From NCBI GenBank assembly GCA_047495785.1, contig JBLDXI010000029.1:1426001-1490000 (forward strand): a DNA stretch of 64,000 nt, in the 5' to 3' direction. Made by a program: the position numbers and the translations under genes. The notes under the pieces were generated by a model. The model was not told the DNA's origin, made no database searches, and saw only the letters and a program-made list of their open reading frames with translations. Numbering within the stretch: position 1 is the first letter of the stretch; every line of letters starts with the position of its first letter. Source of the DNA: Lepidodermella squamata (Eukaryota > Animalia > Gastrotricha). Shown here piece after piece: positions 31,206-42,831 of this stretch.

Positions 31206-33530
31206 ATGAAGCACGCAAACTTCGGAGTTTTCCTCATCCTGTTATCTCTCGAGATAAGAAGCGAAGCTGGCAAAACGAATACTCTCCTCTTGCCAGTGTT
31301 CGCTACGACAAATAACGGTGATGCTAGAAGGACATTAGTTTCTCGAATTTCGACGCAAATTCCTATAGACTTTGCGAATTTACGCCCCGAATTTTTACCC
31401 GACTTTCAAGTGGAATATCTCCAATTAAGCGAGCAAAGCCCAGCGAATGTTGTACCAGAAATCATTCGACTTCATAGGGATGGTTATAAAAGGAACGAAA
31501 CAGTCTTCGTTTCTCCATTAATCCCCGGCCCGAGTGTGTCTCAAAGCTGTAGATATCTCGGCCCCATCCTAACCCACATCAATGCCATAGCTCTGAGCGG
31601 TTTCTGCGCAGCTCCGAGTTTGACCGACAGGAAACCCACCCCCAACTTGTACCTATCCCTGAGCACTGGCAAAACTAGCGCCATGGCTATGCTGAATTTT
31701 GCTCGAATCATTGGAAAATGGAGGAAGCTTGCAATTCTCACCAACTCTGCCAACATTTTCGACTACGGCACAGCATTCTTTCTACATGACCAAGCTGTTA
31801 AAAACGGATTCGAGGTGGTTTGGTTCGACATGTTACCAGGGGTCTTCGAGATAAGCACCATTGAATCTTTAGCCCGATCTGAGCCTAGAATCATAGCTCT
31901 CAGCTACGCCGATGCAAATTTGAGCGCAAATGTTCACTGCTCTTTGATTCGCCTCGGCCTAACAGGGCCACGCTATGTTTTCTTCAATTTAATGACCTCG
32001 TTTTCCACAGCTGTTCCATCCGCCTGCACTCAAAGCGAGATGGTTGCCCACCACGCACAAGCTTTCTTTTTCGGAAACTTGGCTGACCCAGAAAACAGAA
32101 CAAGAGATTGTGATTTAGGCTACAACGCGTCTGTTTTCGAACAAGAATTACTGAGGAGGTTGAACACAACAGACCGTAGCGTTTTGCAGCTCCAGTATAC
32201 AAATCATGACTTCGTTATGCGATCTCTCGTGATTCTCAATACTACAGAAACAATTTTGAAGTCACGTTTCAATCTGTCTCTGAGAGATTATTGGAAATAC
32301 CCGGAGTTGATTGCGAGAGTTACCAACCAGACAGTTTTAGAGTCTAAAACAGTTGGTCTAAGAATTGGGCCACTCTCATATGATTCAGGCGGAAATTTAC
32401 TGGGCGATTCGCAGATTATTGCCCAATGGTCCCCGTTTAATGGAATGCAGACTGTTGCCAACGTTCGGCAAATTACGAAACGTGAATCAACTCTCGATTT
32501 TGCACTTGAAAGCTTCACTTTGGATTTTTTACGTTCATTGAGTTGGATTAGAGGAGGTGAACCGCCTAGAGATCAAGCAATTAGAGAGATACTACGCCTC
32601 CGAGTTCCCCAAGACATCTTCTACGTAGTTTTGTCTTTATCAATACTTGCAGCAGTTTCGCAGCTGCTAGTGATCGGAATGTTAACTTTCAACTCAAAAT
32701 CTTCAGTCAAGATGAAATTAGCTGGCTTGATTGGATGTTTAGTGCTCGACAGTTCGGCATGTCTGCATTCTGTCGAGCCGTCAGTAGCGATTTCCCCAGC
32801 ACAAATTGTAACTCTGGTCGTGGGATCTTCATCGGTTTTTGGCGTCCTATCGATCAGACTTATAACTCTGTCTTGGTTCACAAGTGATAAATTTAGAACG
32901 AGAACTCTGTCAAAGACCTATAAAAGATCTTTCTCGGCGAAACGAGCAACAAATGACTTTCATGTCACTCCTGGGATGCTGAAGGCTTGTGACAAGAAGG
33001 GAACTTCAATATTGGCTGGTTTCATGATTCTCAACGCATTACTTGTTTCCTTATGGCTTGCGACTGACTATTTTCGGTGTTCGCTGGTTCTAACCGATAT
33101 GCCCTTCTACGTTGAATCTGAAGATAAAATCATTGAAAAATGGATATATCTCTGCAATACTGAACACATGCCAGCATGGTCAGGAGGCATTTTTGGAATT
33201 CACATCCTCATGCTGATTTTCGGGTCGATTTCAGCCTATAAGATGAGTCATAACAAGAGCTTTACCGCTCAGTACAGCAAGTTTCGAGCTGCCGCGTTTG
33301 GTTGCATCAATTCTCTTGTACTATTGGCTGCTTCAGCGCTTATTGTTGTGATACTCAAGTCACAGCCTGTCAACCAATACATTGCTATAGCTTTTTCGTG
33401 CATCGTGATTTCAGCGATGACATCGTCGACCTGGATCTACGCTCATTTCAAGACGAAAGATGAGATCGTGGCAGCTTTAGAAGCTTCAGCTGGAATTACT
33501 GGAAGCTACTGTGAAACGGGTAACGGCTAA
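31206..33530 (+). CDS. Class C (GABA-B-like) GPCR, subfamily B, intronless
   Basis: 774 aa; signal peptide, FLPDF, GPSVSQSC, PNLYLSLSTGKTSAMAML, WRKLAIL, WIRGGEPPRD, seven TM segments. Confidence 0.9.
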   Translation: MKHANFGVFLILLSLEIRSEAGKTNTLLLPVFATTNNGDARRTLVSRISTQIPIDFANLRPEFLPDFQVEYLQLSEQSPANVVPEIIRLHRDGYKRNETVFVSPLIPGPSVSQSCRYLGPILTHINAIALSGFCAAPSLTDRKPTPNLYLSLSTGKTSAMAMLNFARIIGKWRKLAILTNSANIFDYGTAFFLHDQAVKNGFEVVWFDMLPGVFEISTIESLARSEPRIIALSYADANLSANVHCSLIRLGLTGPRYVFFNLMTSFSTAVPSACTQSEMVAHHAQAFFFGNLADPENRTRDCDLGYNASVFEQELLRRLNTTDRSVLQLQYTNHDFVMRSLVILNTTETILKSRFNLSLRDYWKYPELIARVTNQTVLESKTVGLRIGPLSYDSGGNLLGDSQIIAQWSPFNGMQTVANVRQITKRESTLDFALESFTLDFLRSLSWIRGGEPPRDQAIREILRLRVPQDIFYVVLSLSILAAVSQLLVIGMLTFNSKSSVKMKLAGLIGCLVLDSSACLHSVEPSVAISPAQIVTLVVGSSSVFGVLSIRLITLSWFTSDKFRTRTLSKTYKRSFSAKRATNDFHVTPGMLKACDKKGTSILAGFMILNALLVSLWLATDYFRCSLVLTDMPFYVESEDKIIEKWIYLCNTEHMPAWSGGIFGIHILMLIFGSISAYKMSHNKSFTAQYSKFRAAAFGCINSLVLLAASALIVVILKSQPVNQYIAIAFSCIVISAMTSSTWIYAHFKTKDEIVAALEASAGITGSYCETGNG

Positions 33531-34837
33531 ACCGGCGAATAATGAAATAAAATTGGCGAAAATTATAATAAAGATATCCAGACATAGCTATACAGCTGAT
33601 AGTTCTTATGCTTTCCAGCCATATATTGCCATAAATCTTAAGTTTTACATTTCTCAAATTGTGAAGTAGTGAAGTAGTTAGACACATTGACCTCAGACTA
33701 CAGAAGCCCGATACAGCCGAAGCTAGAAGGCTTAACTTTCTACTTCGAACGGATGGCCTCTTAGAGCCTCGTGATTCCAGTATCGGCACTTTCGGCCCGT
33801 TCGTTTTACGCTTAGGAAAGTTCGAATTCCCCTTGTGATTTGTCCAAAAAATTTAATCTATTGTTTGTCGCAGAGCTTAAACAATTGTTGTGTGTTGTTG
33901 CTAGCGTCTTTTGAAACAAATGACGGTTCTGAAGGGATTCCAGCTTTCCTTAAAGTACATAAATTAGAGAGTTTGAATATTATAATTCGACGAATTTCAT
34001 TTAAATATGAAACTCTAATCGAAAGTTTAGCTAGTAATTTTAGTTCCGGGAATTAACCCAATCATAGTAGCGAATGAACTTTTAGATCAAATGATCAACT
34101 AATTAAATAAATTATTGACAGAACAAGGTGCAGAATCGTATTCCCAGAATCCTACATGATTCTCTTATTCCCGAACTCAAACCTGCAGTAAGTTCAAAGT
34201 ATAAATGGAGATCGGAATTAATCGCGCAGATCATTCTGACAAGATAGCAACTTGCCGCCTCCGATGAGTAGAATGAGTCTTTCTCCAGTTTCTCCAGTCG
34301 CTCCTTAATCATTCTGAAACTTTGATGCTGATGGATTGGGAAAATTTCCCACTAATTTCATTACCTGTTCCAGAATGTCAGTGACTCATAAGCATTTGCG
34401 CGTCAATTATATTAAGTTAGCCACTCAAGTTGTGCGAAAAATTGTCTCATTTTCAATTTGTCATCATGCGCAATCAACGTCGCTTAAAGACGGAACGGCA
34501 GTGACTAATGAGCAAGTGACACTTAATCAAATTAGGTTATGCGTAAAGTAGACCATCTTCAATATAATGCTTAATTCGAGTTGAACTTATTTGAAAGACG
34601 CACGTCACCTGGACCTGGAAGTTAATCCCGATGAATTAGCCCCGGAATAATCACTCATAAAAAAGCAGGGTACAGGAAATATCGAGGAAGCGAACCGAGA
34701 TAAAATCATCAAGTGTCACTGCTTAATTGTCACTGATTATACGTCAGTACATAAGGATACAATTTCAGGCATTTTCTTTTATTTAGTTTCAGAGAAGCCA
34801 AGCAAAGGATCAACATAACTTTTTTCTATCAAGTATT

Positions 34838-35401
34838 ATGGAATTTGGGATGAATATTTTAACTGCCTACATGGCAGTTTTTCTCCTTGGCGCTGGTAAT
34901 TGTTCAGCAATAACAATAATTAATCAAATTATATTGAATAACTGTTTTCTAGGTTTGGTTACGCCTTCGAACGGCGAAATCCAAGAGCTGAACAATTTGA
35001 TGAATAGGCACTTGTCGGTATCGAAAATCGACCCGCTTAACAGCAGCTTAGGCATGTACAAAAATCGAGGAATTTCGCAGAAATACAAGTATAAACCTAG
35101 ACGAAGCTATCTGCCAACGAAATCACAACGTCGCCGCCTTGCTTCGAAAAATTTCTTCATCTCAATGTCAGCTAGCCGCATGAAGCCGTCAGCCTTCCAA
35201 CCGCTGGCTCGATTCAGCAGAGATGTGACGGTCAGTTTGTTTCCCCTGCAATCTGGATCGTTGGGCAAGTTCGAATATGAACGCCGTTCAAGGTGGAACA
35301 GGAACAAAATCGTAAAACGGCCGATTTCAGCGAGAAATTACGGAAAAATCTATTTGCCTCGCGATTCACCATCAATCAAATCAAACTGCACACTGCCCTG
35401 A
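34838..35401 (+). CDS. Putative secreted basic protein / peptide precursor
   Basis: 187-codon ORF; removing an in-frame 57-nt GT-AG segment (34896..34952) gives a signal peptide MNILTAYMAVFLLGAGLVTPSNG; the rest is Arg/Lys-rich with several dibasic sites. Confidence 0.45.
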   Translation: MEFGMNILTAYMAVFLLGAGNCSAITIINQIILNNCFLGLVTPSNGEIQELNNLMNRHLSVSKIDPLNSSLGMYKNRGISQKYKYKPRRSYLPTKSQRRRLASKNFFISMSASRMKPSAFQPLARFSRDVTVSLFPLQSGSLGKFEYERRSRWNRNKIVKRPISARNYGKIYLPRDSPSIKSNCTLP

Positions 35402-35732
35402 ACCTTTTGAGCCTATAATATAAGGCTACGGCATTGTCAAAATGTTACCCCTGATGTACTGAATCGAATCCGTGAAGTTGATAGTTTTCAATATTGAAAC
35501 TTTGAACTGTAATTCTTCAATGATTACCTACTGTATTATTCAGGTTATATTTGATTGAAATGCGAAGTTACGATCACTAACAAAATAAAATGTTCGTTGG
35601 CAACTTTAAATCCTGGTCAACCAGAGCGCGGCATGAGAACCTATAGACATGTCGTGGTCCTGGGTCGTAAGACTACAATGCTAGATCCCTCTTTTTTTAT
35701 TCATTCATGATTCAATCTGACCAATTCGAGTT

Positions 35733-38009
35733 TTACGCATGGTTTGGCAAGACCTTGAATGCAGAGCCCCAATTCATGATAACGGAATGAGCAAGTGACT
35801 GAATGACTATCGCTGTCGATACAAACAGCTCGCGCATCGTTGATGACGCAGCTGTGAGCGCAACAGCAAGTGTTGCATCGAATAGTGACGTAATCAAAAC
35901 GCAGACGATCATCAGCTTTTTCACCTCTGGATAGTGCTTCAAAAGAGGCTGAGATCGCTGATTGATGACAGAAAATAGCCCTGTCAACAACAGGCCGAGG
36001 TTCATGGCGATTGCAGGCGCTAACCAGGCTTGCATTTGACCAGATGCGCAGTAGACATAAAATTCTCGAATATATGTATCAGTTTCCACAATGTACTTAC
36101 TATTAGTATTTGGATTAGTTGTCACAGTCAAATGATCAAAGATCATCCAGAAAATCGCTATAGCCAAATTGATTGTTGAGAAAGTTATCGGCAGTACCAA
36201 AACGTCTTTTTTCTTTAGCTTAAGCTTCGGAATCTTTAATTCAGGCTTCCCTTTCTTCGGTTTTTTTATGATAGCCTTATTACTTTTGATAAACCGAAGC
36301 GACGCAAGCAATCGAAAGATGATTACGGCGTAGAATAAGGAGCAGCCAAATGTTAAGGAAAGAATGCCAATGATACATGTTGGTTGGCTCCTTTTGGCTG
36401 ATGGGAGAACCAATAAAGCAGCTCCAAGTGTCATGAATGTGTAGCTTAAGCATGGACAGATTTCTTTAACAGCAAGTTTTCGTTTACGGAGCTCATTGAT
36501 GCGCTTCGACTCAAGTGAAACTTGAACTAAGAATGAAGCAGATGATGCGATTACTATAATGACGAATGCCGCCAGATTCACCCCAGTTTCGATAGTCGCA
36601 TAATTAGGACCGTCTTTAGGCATCGAGCTGAAATCAAATGGATTAAGCGCTTGAATAGAGAAAGAGTTCAAAGATGTAGTATCTTTTGCGTCGGTTTTCA
36701 CTGAAATTGAGTACCTTGCCTGGACACCTGATTTTCGAGACCAAGTAACAACCATTTGAGGCTGATAATCCATTTCAACCCGTTGCGAGTATTGAAACTT
36801 TCCGAAACGAATACCGTTAAAGCTGATATTTCTCGCGCTATCATTAGCTGCAAGCATGACAGCTCTAGGTTTGCTTGAATAGTCCCGTAAAGTCAGATTT
36901 TGCCTCTTCAACAGTTTCTCAGCGCTGTCGAGTGTTAGAACTCCCATCAGAGCAGCGTCGTAACATGCCTGCCTGAATGCAAAATCGATTGATCGTGAGG
37001 CATTTGATCTTAGCGCTAGGGTGCTCTCAAACTCCTGAGCTGTGTATCCCAACGAATCTCTGCCATCTGTCTTGATGACAGAAGAATGACCAGCGCCGAC
37101 TAGAATTGTGATTTCGAGTTGCTCTAAATACTGAGACCTCGTGCAGCCGTTTTGAGTAATCAAAACATCAGCTATTGAACTCGGATCGTTGAAAAATAGC
37201 ATTGAAATAAAAAATCTATATCGAGGCCCTGTGATGCCATACTTGAAACATCGGCACATGAAGCGGAATATGTAGAAATAGTCAGAGGCATCGAAACTGA
37301 TAATGCGAACATCCTGTCGGATCAGCGATTCATAAACTTCATCTCCAAAGTCGAGGGCAGTTTCGAATGTGATAACCGTCATATTTTCGGCTATTGCCAT
37401 TTCGTAAAACGATCTTGCTGCGTCGAACCCGTTTGAATTTCCGGTCTCGGCGTGAATTGCTGCTAATACGGCTATTCTAGACCATTTTGCTAGGCTTTTA
37501 ATGGCGATAAGACGACTGGTTAGTTCGATCTGATTTCCAGCTCGAATTCGGTACATGTTACGGTAGATGTCCCGTCTAGCTGTGTGGATTGATGAGATGC
37601 AGCTGAGACCTATCATCACTGCATTCATGTGATGGGCCGTCGACCCCCAAGCCTTGCAGCCAGCCGTTGTTACTATGCCGATTGTAACAGGGGCTATGAA
37701 CTCGCCCGGCTCTCGATCTTTCCATAGGGCTCTGATAGCTGCAGATGCTGCAAAGTTCGAGCCAGGGCCTTCATCGACTGGTTCGATGTCGACGTGGTAA
37801 TCCGGTAGAATGTCAGTCCTATTATTGACCTCATCAACAACCATTTGCTGTGCGGCGGGGCATGAAACTAGGGTGAACGGCTTCGCGTCAGAAATGGTTA
37901 AAAGTGATAGCATTTTCAGCTTGTAAGGCTTCTGGGGTGATGTAACCTCATCAAGACTAACGGATGTTACAACAACCAGAACTTTCAAAAGCTGCATCAT
38001 CAACGCCAT
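35733..38009 (-). CDS. Class C (GABA-B-like) GPCR, subfamily A (divergent), intronless
   Basis: 758 aa; VNNRTDILPDY, GCKAWG, YRNMYRIR, CYDAAL, VEMDYQPQ, 7TM. Confidence 0.9.
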   Translation of the reverse strand: MALMMQLLKVLVVVTSVSLDEVTSPQKPYKLKMLSLLTISDAKPFTLVSCPAAQQMVVDEVNNRTDILPDYHVDIEPVDEGPGSNFAASAAIRALWKDREPGEFIAPVTIGIVTTAGCKAWGSTAHHMNAVMIGLSCISSIHTARRDIYRNMYRIRAGNQIELTSRLIAIKSLAKWSRIAVLAAIHAETGNSNGFDAARSFYEMAIAENMTVITFETALDFGDEVYESLIRQDVRIISFDASDYFYIFRFMCRCFKYGITGPRYRFFISMLFFNDPSSIADVLITQNGCTRSQYLEQLEITILVGAGHSSVIKTDGRDSLGYTAQEFESTLALRSNASRSIDFAFRQACYDAALMGVLTLDSAEKLLKRQNLTLRDYSSKPRAVMLAANDSARNISFNGIRFGKFQYSQRVEMDYQPQMVVTWSRKSGVQARYSISVKTDAKDTTSLNSFSIQALNPFDFSSMPKDGPNYATIETGVNLAAFVIIVIASSASFLVQVSLESKRINELRKRKLAVKEICPCLSYTFMTLGAALLVLPSAKRSQPTCIIGILSLTFGCSLFYAVIIFRLLASLRFIKSNKAIIKKPKKGKPELKIPKLKLKKKDVLVLPITFSTINLAIAIFWMIFDHLTVTTNPNTNSKYIVETDTYIREFYVYCASGQMQAWLAPAIAMNLGLLLTGLFSVINQRSQPLLKHYPEVKKLMIVCVLITSLFDATLAVALTAASSTMRELFVSTAIVIQSLAHSVIMNWGSAFKVLPNHA

Positions 38010-38629
38010 TACGTCGCTTTTATCATTAAACCGTATCTCGCGTGCGATGATTAATGAAGCTGTAAATTGTGCTTGATGTTCGCATAGTGAATTTTGCGAA
38101 AGAAAATCGTGACTTAATGCGAAAATTTCCTAATTATTATATTCGATTCTTACTTCTTACTTGCCAGCTCATTTTAAGATCAGCTCAAGTAAGCCGAGTA
38201 TTTATATGTACAGTTGGCTTACAGCTATTCAATTTCACGCCTCCAAGTTCGGACTTCGACCATAACATGTACACTGTGATGTAATCTGTAATCTCTATGC
38301 TGACACTTGATATGGCTCGTTTGTAGAAACCCCTACCACCTTATCCCCTAAGACGTAAGACCTAGCAATATTGTGATCACAGAATTCCGTATAGGAATAC
38401 ATGGGTCCAACTTAATGAAAGGGGCCTAAATCACAGCAAGGAATTTGGAACATTTAGACAAAAATGTTCACTGCACAACATCTATCTATGGATTTTAGCA
38501 GTTTGCTGTAATCCAATCGCTTATCGTCTGTGTAAACGGCAAAAATTAGCCTATCACTAGCTGCTAATGCTCCCGGTCCATCCTATATCAACAATAATCC
38601 AGAGGCGATAATCTCTTATTTGCTTTCAA

Positions 38630-40948
38630 ATGAAGCTAAACGTATTCAGAGGTTTTCTGCTTTTCGCAACTGCGGAATTTTTATGTGCGCTGGATGATCG
38701 AATCTTAGCACAGCCTAAGAAGAAGTATATTCTTAAGCTTCCGAATTACATTCTCTACTCTGTCGGAGAACCCAAGCGTATTGCAGCCACGGCCATTACA
38801 GCTCAAATCCCTGTCGACTACGTCAACTCAAGGTTTGACATTCTACCAGACTATTTCGTTGAATTAAATACGGTAGACGAGCAATACTCTTTGAACTCCG
38901 TGGCTGGAACGTTCAAAGCTATCCGAGAAGCAGATAGCTACAACGCCACGACATTCCTATCTCCACTGTTCGTAGGTCCCGTTGTCTCGCAGGGTTGTAA
39001 GATGGTCGGCTCTATGTTATCTCACATTAATGCCGTAGGAATTAGCGGATACTGTGCCTCGCTAACTTTAGCTGACCGTAAATCAACTCCTAATCTATAC
39101 CTATCATTTAGCACCAGCAAAACAAGTGCTATGGCTATGCTAAGATTCGCTCGTGATATCGGGGACTGGAAGCGGCTTGCTATTCTCGCGAATTCGATCA
39201 ACATTTTGGACTACGGCACGGCCTTTTTCGTGCATGAGCAGGCTGTAAAAAACGATTTCGAAGTTGCTTGGTTCGATATGCTACCAGGGGTGGTTGAAAT
39301 CAGTACACTCGAGTCGTTAGCTCGCCATGAGCCAAGGATTATCATTCTAAGTTACGCTGATGGAGTCCTTGCCGCAAACGTACACTGTGGGCTGATACGC
39401 CTAGGAATCACTGGGGCGAGATATGTTTTTCTCAATATAATCACGTCATTCTCGATTCAGACACCTCCGGCTTGTTCGCAAGATGAGATGCTACAACATT
39501 ATCGGCAGGTTTATTACTTTGGAAGCTCTCCTACGCCGGAGAATAGAACGAGACCGTGTGGCTTTGGTTATTCTGCTGATTATCTGGATCAGCAAATTTT
39601 CAAGCGGATGAACACGACTGACCCTGGTGTTCTGCTGCAACAATACACAAACCATGACGTTTTAATGCGTTCCCTTTTGGTTCTTAACATGACAGAGACA
39701 ATCCTTAGATCTGAATACAACTTATCACTCAAAGATTACTCGAAATATCCGGAGTTGATCGCCTCAGTAACTAACCGAACGGTTTTGCAGTCGAAGATTA
39801 CTGGAATCCGCACAGGAACGTTGTCCTATGACTCGGGAGGTAATTTGATAGGCGATACTCAGATCATAGCTCATTGGTCACCCTCAGACGGAATGGCAAC
39901 TATTGCGCTGGTCAGGCAAAACCAAAGCTCAACATTCGATCTTAAAAGCTTCAGCCTAGACTTTGTCCGAAGTCCGAAATGGATTTTAGGCAAACCGCCC
40001 AAAGATCGACCTACGAAGGAGATATATCGTCTTCAGGTCTCTTCTAACGTACTTGACGGCGTAATGTCTTTGTCTGCTCTATCTGGCGTTATGCAATTGG
40101 TCACGTCTGGAGTATTGATTTACAAGCATAAAACAAGCGCGTTTCTAAGACTGAAACTATCCGGTCTAATTGGATGTCTTTTTCTAGATGCTTCAGCAAT
40201 TCTACACACAATCGAACTTTCTGAACATGTTGTAATGGGGCAAATTTTTACCTTAGTAATTGGCGCATCTGCAGTTTTCGGGGCTTTGTCAATCCGACTT
40301 ATCGCCCTGTCAAGTTTCGCATCTGAAACTTTTCGATCAAGGGCGCCAATCCGAAGGAGTGGAATAATTTCAAAAGTTAGCAGACCTTCAAATCTAACCC
40401 GTGGAAAGTTGAAGGGTGTAGATAAGCGTGGATCTATCTTCTTAATCGTATTTGTAGTCCTTAATGGAGCATTGGCGGCAACATGGTTAACGAGTGACAA
40501 TTTTGCATGCTCTTCATTTCGATCCGATAATCCGATGTACTTCGATGTGGAAGATAAAATAGTTGAGAAATGGCTCACTATTTGCAGTACTGATCACTTT
40601 ACGGCATGGTCCGGCTCAATTATCTGTATCCAATCATTATTACTGGTCGCAGGTTTAATTGCCTGTTACAAAATCAGCCACAACAAGAGGTTGATAAGAC
40701 GTTTTCGGGAATTCTTCCCAGCTGCGATTGGATGCATCAACGCCGGGGTTTTATTCGTTGCTTCTATTCTTGTAGTTGTGATATTAGGTTCGCAACCTGT
40801 TAATCAGTTGATAACGATATCGTTTTCGATACTGATAATTTCTGCATCTTCAGCGTCACTTTGGATGTATTCCATTTTTAAGAAACATGTCCGCTCGACT
40901 CGAATTCATCAATTACGCTTTACCAATATCGGTTTTGCAAAGCTTTGA
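38630..40948 (+). CDS. Class C (GABA-B-like) GPCR, subfamily B, intronless
   Basis: 772 aa; VNSRFDILPDY, PNLYLSFSTSKTSAMAML, WILGKPPKD, 7TM; closest to 31206..33530. Confidence 0.9.
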   Translation: MKLNVFRGFLLFATAEFLCALDDRILAQPKKKYILKLPNYILYSVGEPKRIAATAITAQIPVDYVNSRFDILPDYFVELNTVDEQYSLNSVAGTFKAIREADSYNATTFLSPLFVGPVVSQGCKMVGSMLSHINAVGISGYCASLTLADRKSTPNLYLSFSTSKTSAMAMLRFARDIGDWKRLAILANSINILDYGTAFFVHEQAVKNDFEVAWFDMLPGVVEISTLESLARHEPRIIILSYADGVLAANVHCGLIRLGITGARYVFLNIITSFSIQTPPACSQDEMLQHYRQVYYFGSSPTPENRTRPCGFGYSADYLDQQIFKRMNTTDPGVLLQQYTNHDVLMRSLLVLNMTETILRSEYNLSLKDYSKYPELIASVTNRTVLQSKITGIRTGTLSYDSGGNLIGDTQIIAHWSPSDGMATIALVRQNQSSTFDLKSFSLDFVRSPKWILGKPPKDRPTKEIYRLQVSSNVLDGVMSLSALSGVMQLVTSGVLIYKHKTSAFLRLKLSGLIGCLFLDASAILHTIELSEHVVMGQIFTLVIGASAVFGALSIRLIALSSFASETFRSRAPIRRSGIISKVSRPSNLTRGKLKGVDKRGSIFLIVFVVLNGALAATWLTSDNFACSSFRSDNPMYFDVEDKIVEKWLTICSTDHFTAWSGSIICIQSLLLVAGLIACYKISHNKRLIRRFREFFPAAIGCINAGVLFVASILVVVILGSQPVNQLITISFSILIISASSASLWMYSIFKKHVRSTRIHQLRFTNIGFAKL

Positions 40949-41346
40949 AATTGTTCAATTAGTTTTGATGAGGCAAATTCATAGCTAGCAATCATCAATG
41001 GACTATTTTAACAATATTATGATGTGTAAAATTTAGTAGTAAGCCACGGCTGACATCATAACCACAAGTTATGGATATACAGAATATAAAAGCTTTGCCT
41101 ATAAGGTGGCTACTATATTATTATGAAATATGTGAAATACAGGGTGAATGGCGGACAGTATGATCCTGGATCTTGGACAATCTATCCAGTGTTGATCCCA
41201 TATCCTTTTATCGCATTTATCCCATAGAATGTAGCCTTTCATCAGCTTTCTAACACATGGTGACTGTTGGAGACACGGGTAAAATAATAATTATTCAGAA
41301 CATGTTGAGAACCCTCGCAACGTTATTGCGATTGTAGCTTTTAGAT

Positions 41347-42282
41347 TAGGGAGCCCTACTTTCGGCCACTTCCTAAATTCGGCCGCTGCGTCCTAACTTC
41401 GGCCACCGGCCGAAATTTGGACACGAAGTGCTGTGCAGCAGTTTTATTTGCACGCAATTCAGTAAAATTGCATTGTTGAGCCCATCTGTTTCATGATTTT
41501 TCAAGCACGTGATCGCAAAAAAATAATTCTAAATACGAGCGAGCGGGCTTATGTCGCTTCTCGAGTGCTCTGTTACCGCTACTTTGCAGGTATAATTTAC
41601 CTGAAACTGGCTCTTTAAAATTTACTGCTTTCCCCTCAATAATTACCAGCTAAACGCCAGCTTCATTTTGGTATAAAATATTCTATCTAAAACCGCCCGG
41701 GTGAAGAGATCCAGAGGGCCAATTGTAGGGTTTTTGAGGGTTCGATTCCAAAAATTAGCAGTCAATAGGGGAATTGAAATCGGGAAATCAAAATCGATAC
41801 TCTCATTCTACAGGAGGCAAGGGATTTTGTAGATATTTTTCCAGAATTTTAGAAAGTCAACCGCAGCTAGGCTATTAGGTAGAAAACAAGTTATCAAACT
41901 TGTACCTGTCAAAACAAGTTTGAGTTTCAGGCATCACCTCGTCAAGGAAAAGTTCACAGGTGGAGCAACAAAGGCGGTTTCTATAGTCAGCTTTTTGAGA
42001 CAAATCTAACGATAAACGATACCAAACTTATGGTATTAGTGTACCTGGATGAGGTGGCCGAAATTAGGGCACCCCGCTTCCTAATTCCGACCGGGTGTCT
42101 GGGTGACTAAAAAATTAGCCATAAATCAAGGTAAAATCGTCCGGACTTGCGGAAAGCGGCATTCGATACCCTAAGCACTCCTCTTTAATTGCCGGCTTTT
42201 GCCGATTATTTTCTAAAAATTCACCTGGCTGGCAAAGTAGGAAAAACCTGAAAAGCGGCCGAAATTAGGGCGGAGTGCTCTA
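41347..42282. mobile_element. Non-autonomous TIR element with subterminal CCTAA(A/T)TTCGGCC repeats
   Basis: Repeated (CCTAA)NTTCGGCC at the left end and inverted GGCCGAAATTAGGG at ~42056 and ~42257; ends imperfect. Confidence 0.55.
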
Positions 42283-42831
42283 ATAAAAACTATAAAATCT
42301 TGTTTTTCGAACTTTGAACTCAACAATGAAAATTACGCTTTTATTAAATTTCAAAAAATACAAACACCCGATTAGTTCTCAATTTTCTGATTGTGCTGTG
42401 AAATTTAGGCGAATTCTACAATGAGGCCATTTTTACAGCGTGTCCCATAAGTAACGCAAGCAAAGAAAATAATCGGAAAAGGGTTCGGAGATTCTAAAAT
42501 GAGAAACGGAGTCACATGTCATGGTCAGAAAAAATTAGAAAAATTAAAAAAAAATCATGAGAATATTGACCTATTATGGCTTATTAATGGTATTAAAAAC
42601 TCCGAAGAAATTAGTTCCGACCGAAATTTAAATTTAAAATACCGAAAATTACTGATAACCAGTTACCATAACGTGTTTTGCGGGTTTACTCCGATGAATT
42701 GTTTATTTCCTCGGTTAAATCGCGGATAACAGATGAAATATTCCCTCTTTGTGTTAAATTTGAAAAATAGTTGAATTTCCCACAAAAAGTTGCCAAATTA
42801 GGAAATGATTGCGCAACTTCTGGGACACCAA

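Noticed and set aside
33700-34370. Possible small minus-strand spliced gene around ORF 34112..34312
   Set aside because: Splice-like sites exist but no coherent protein or homology is visible.
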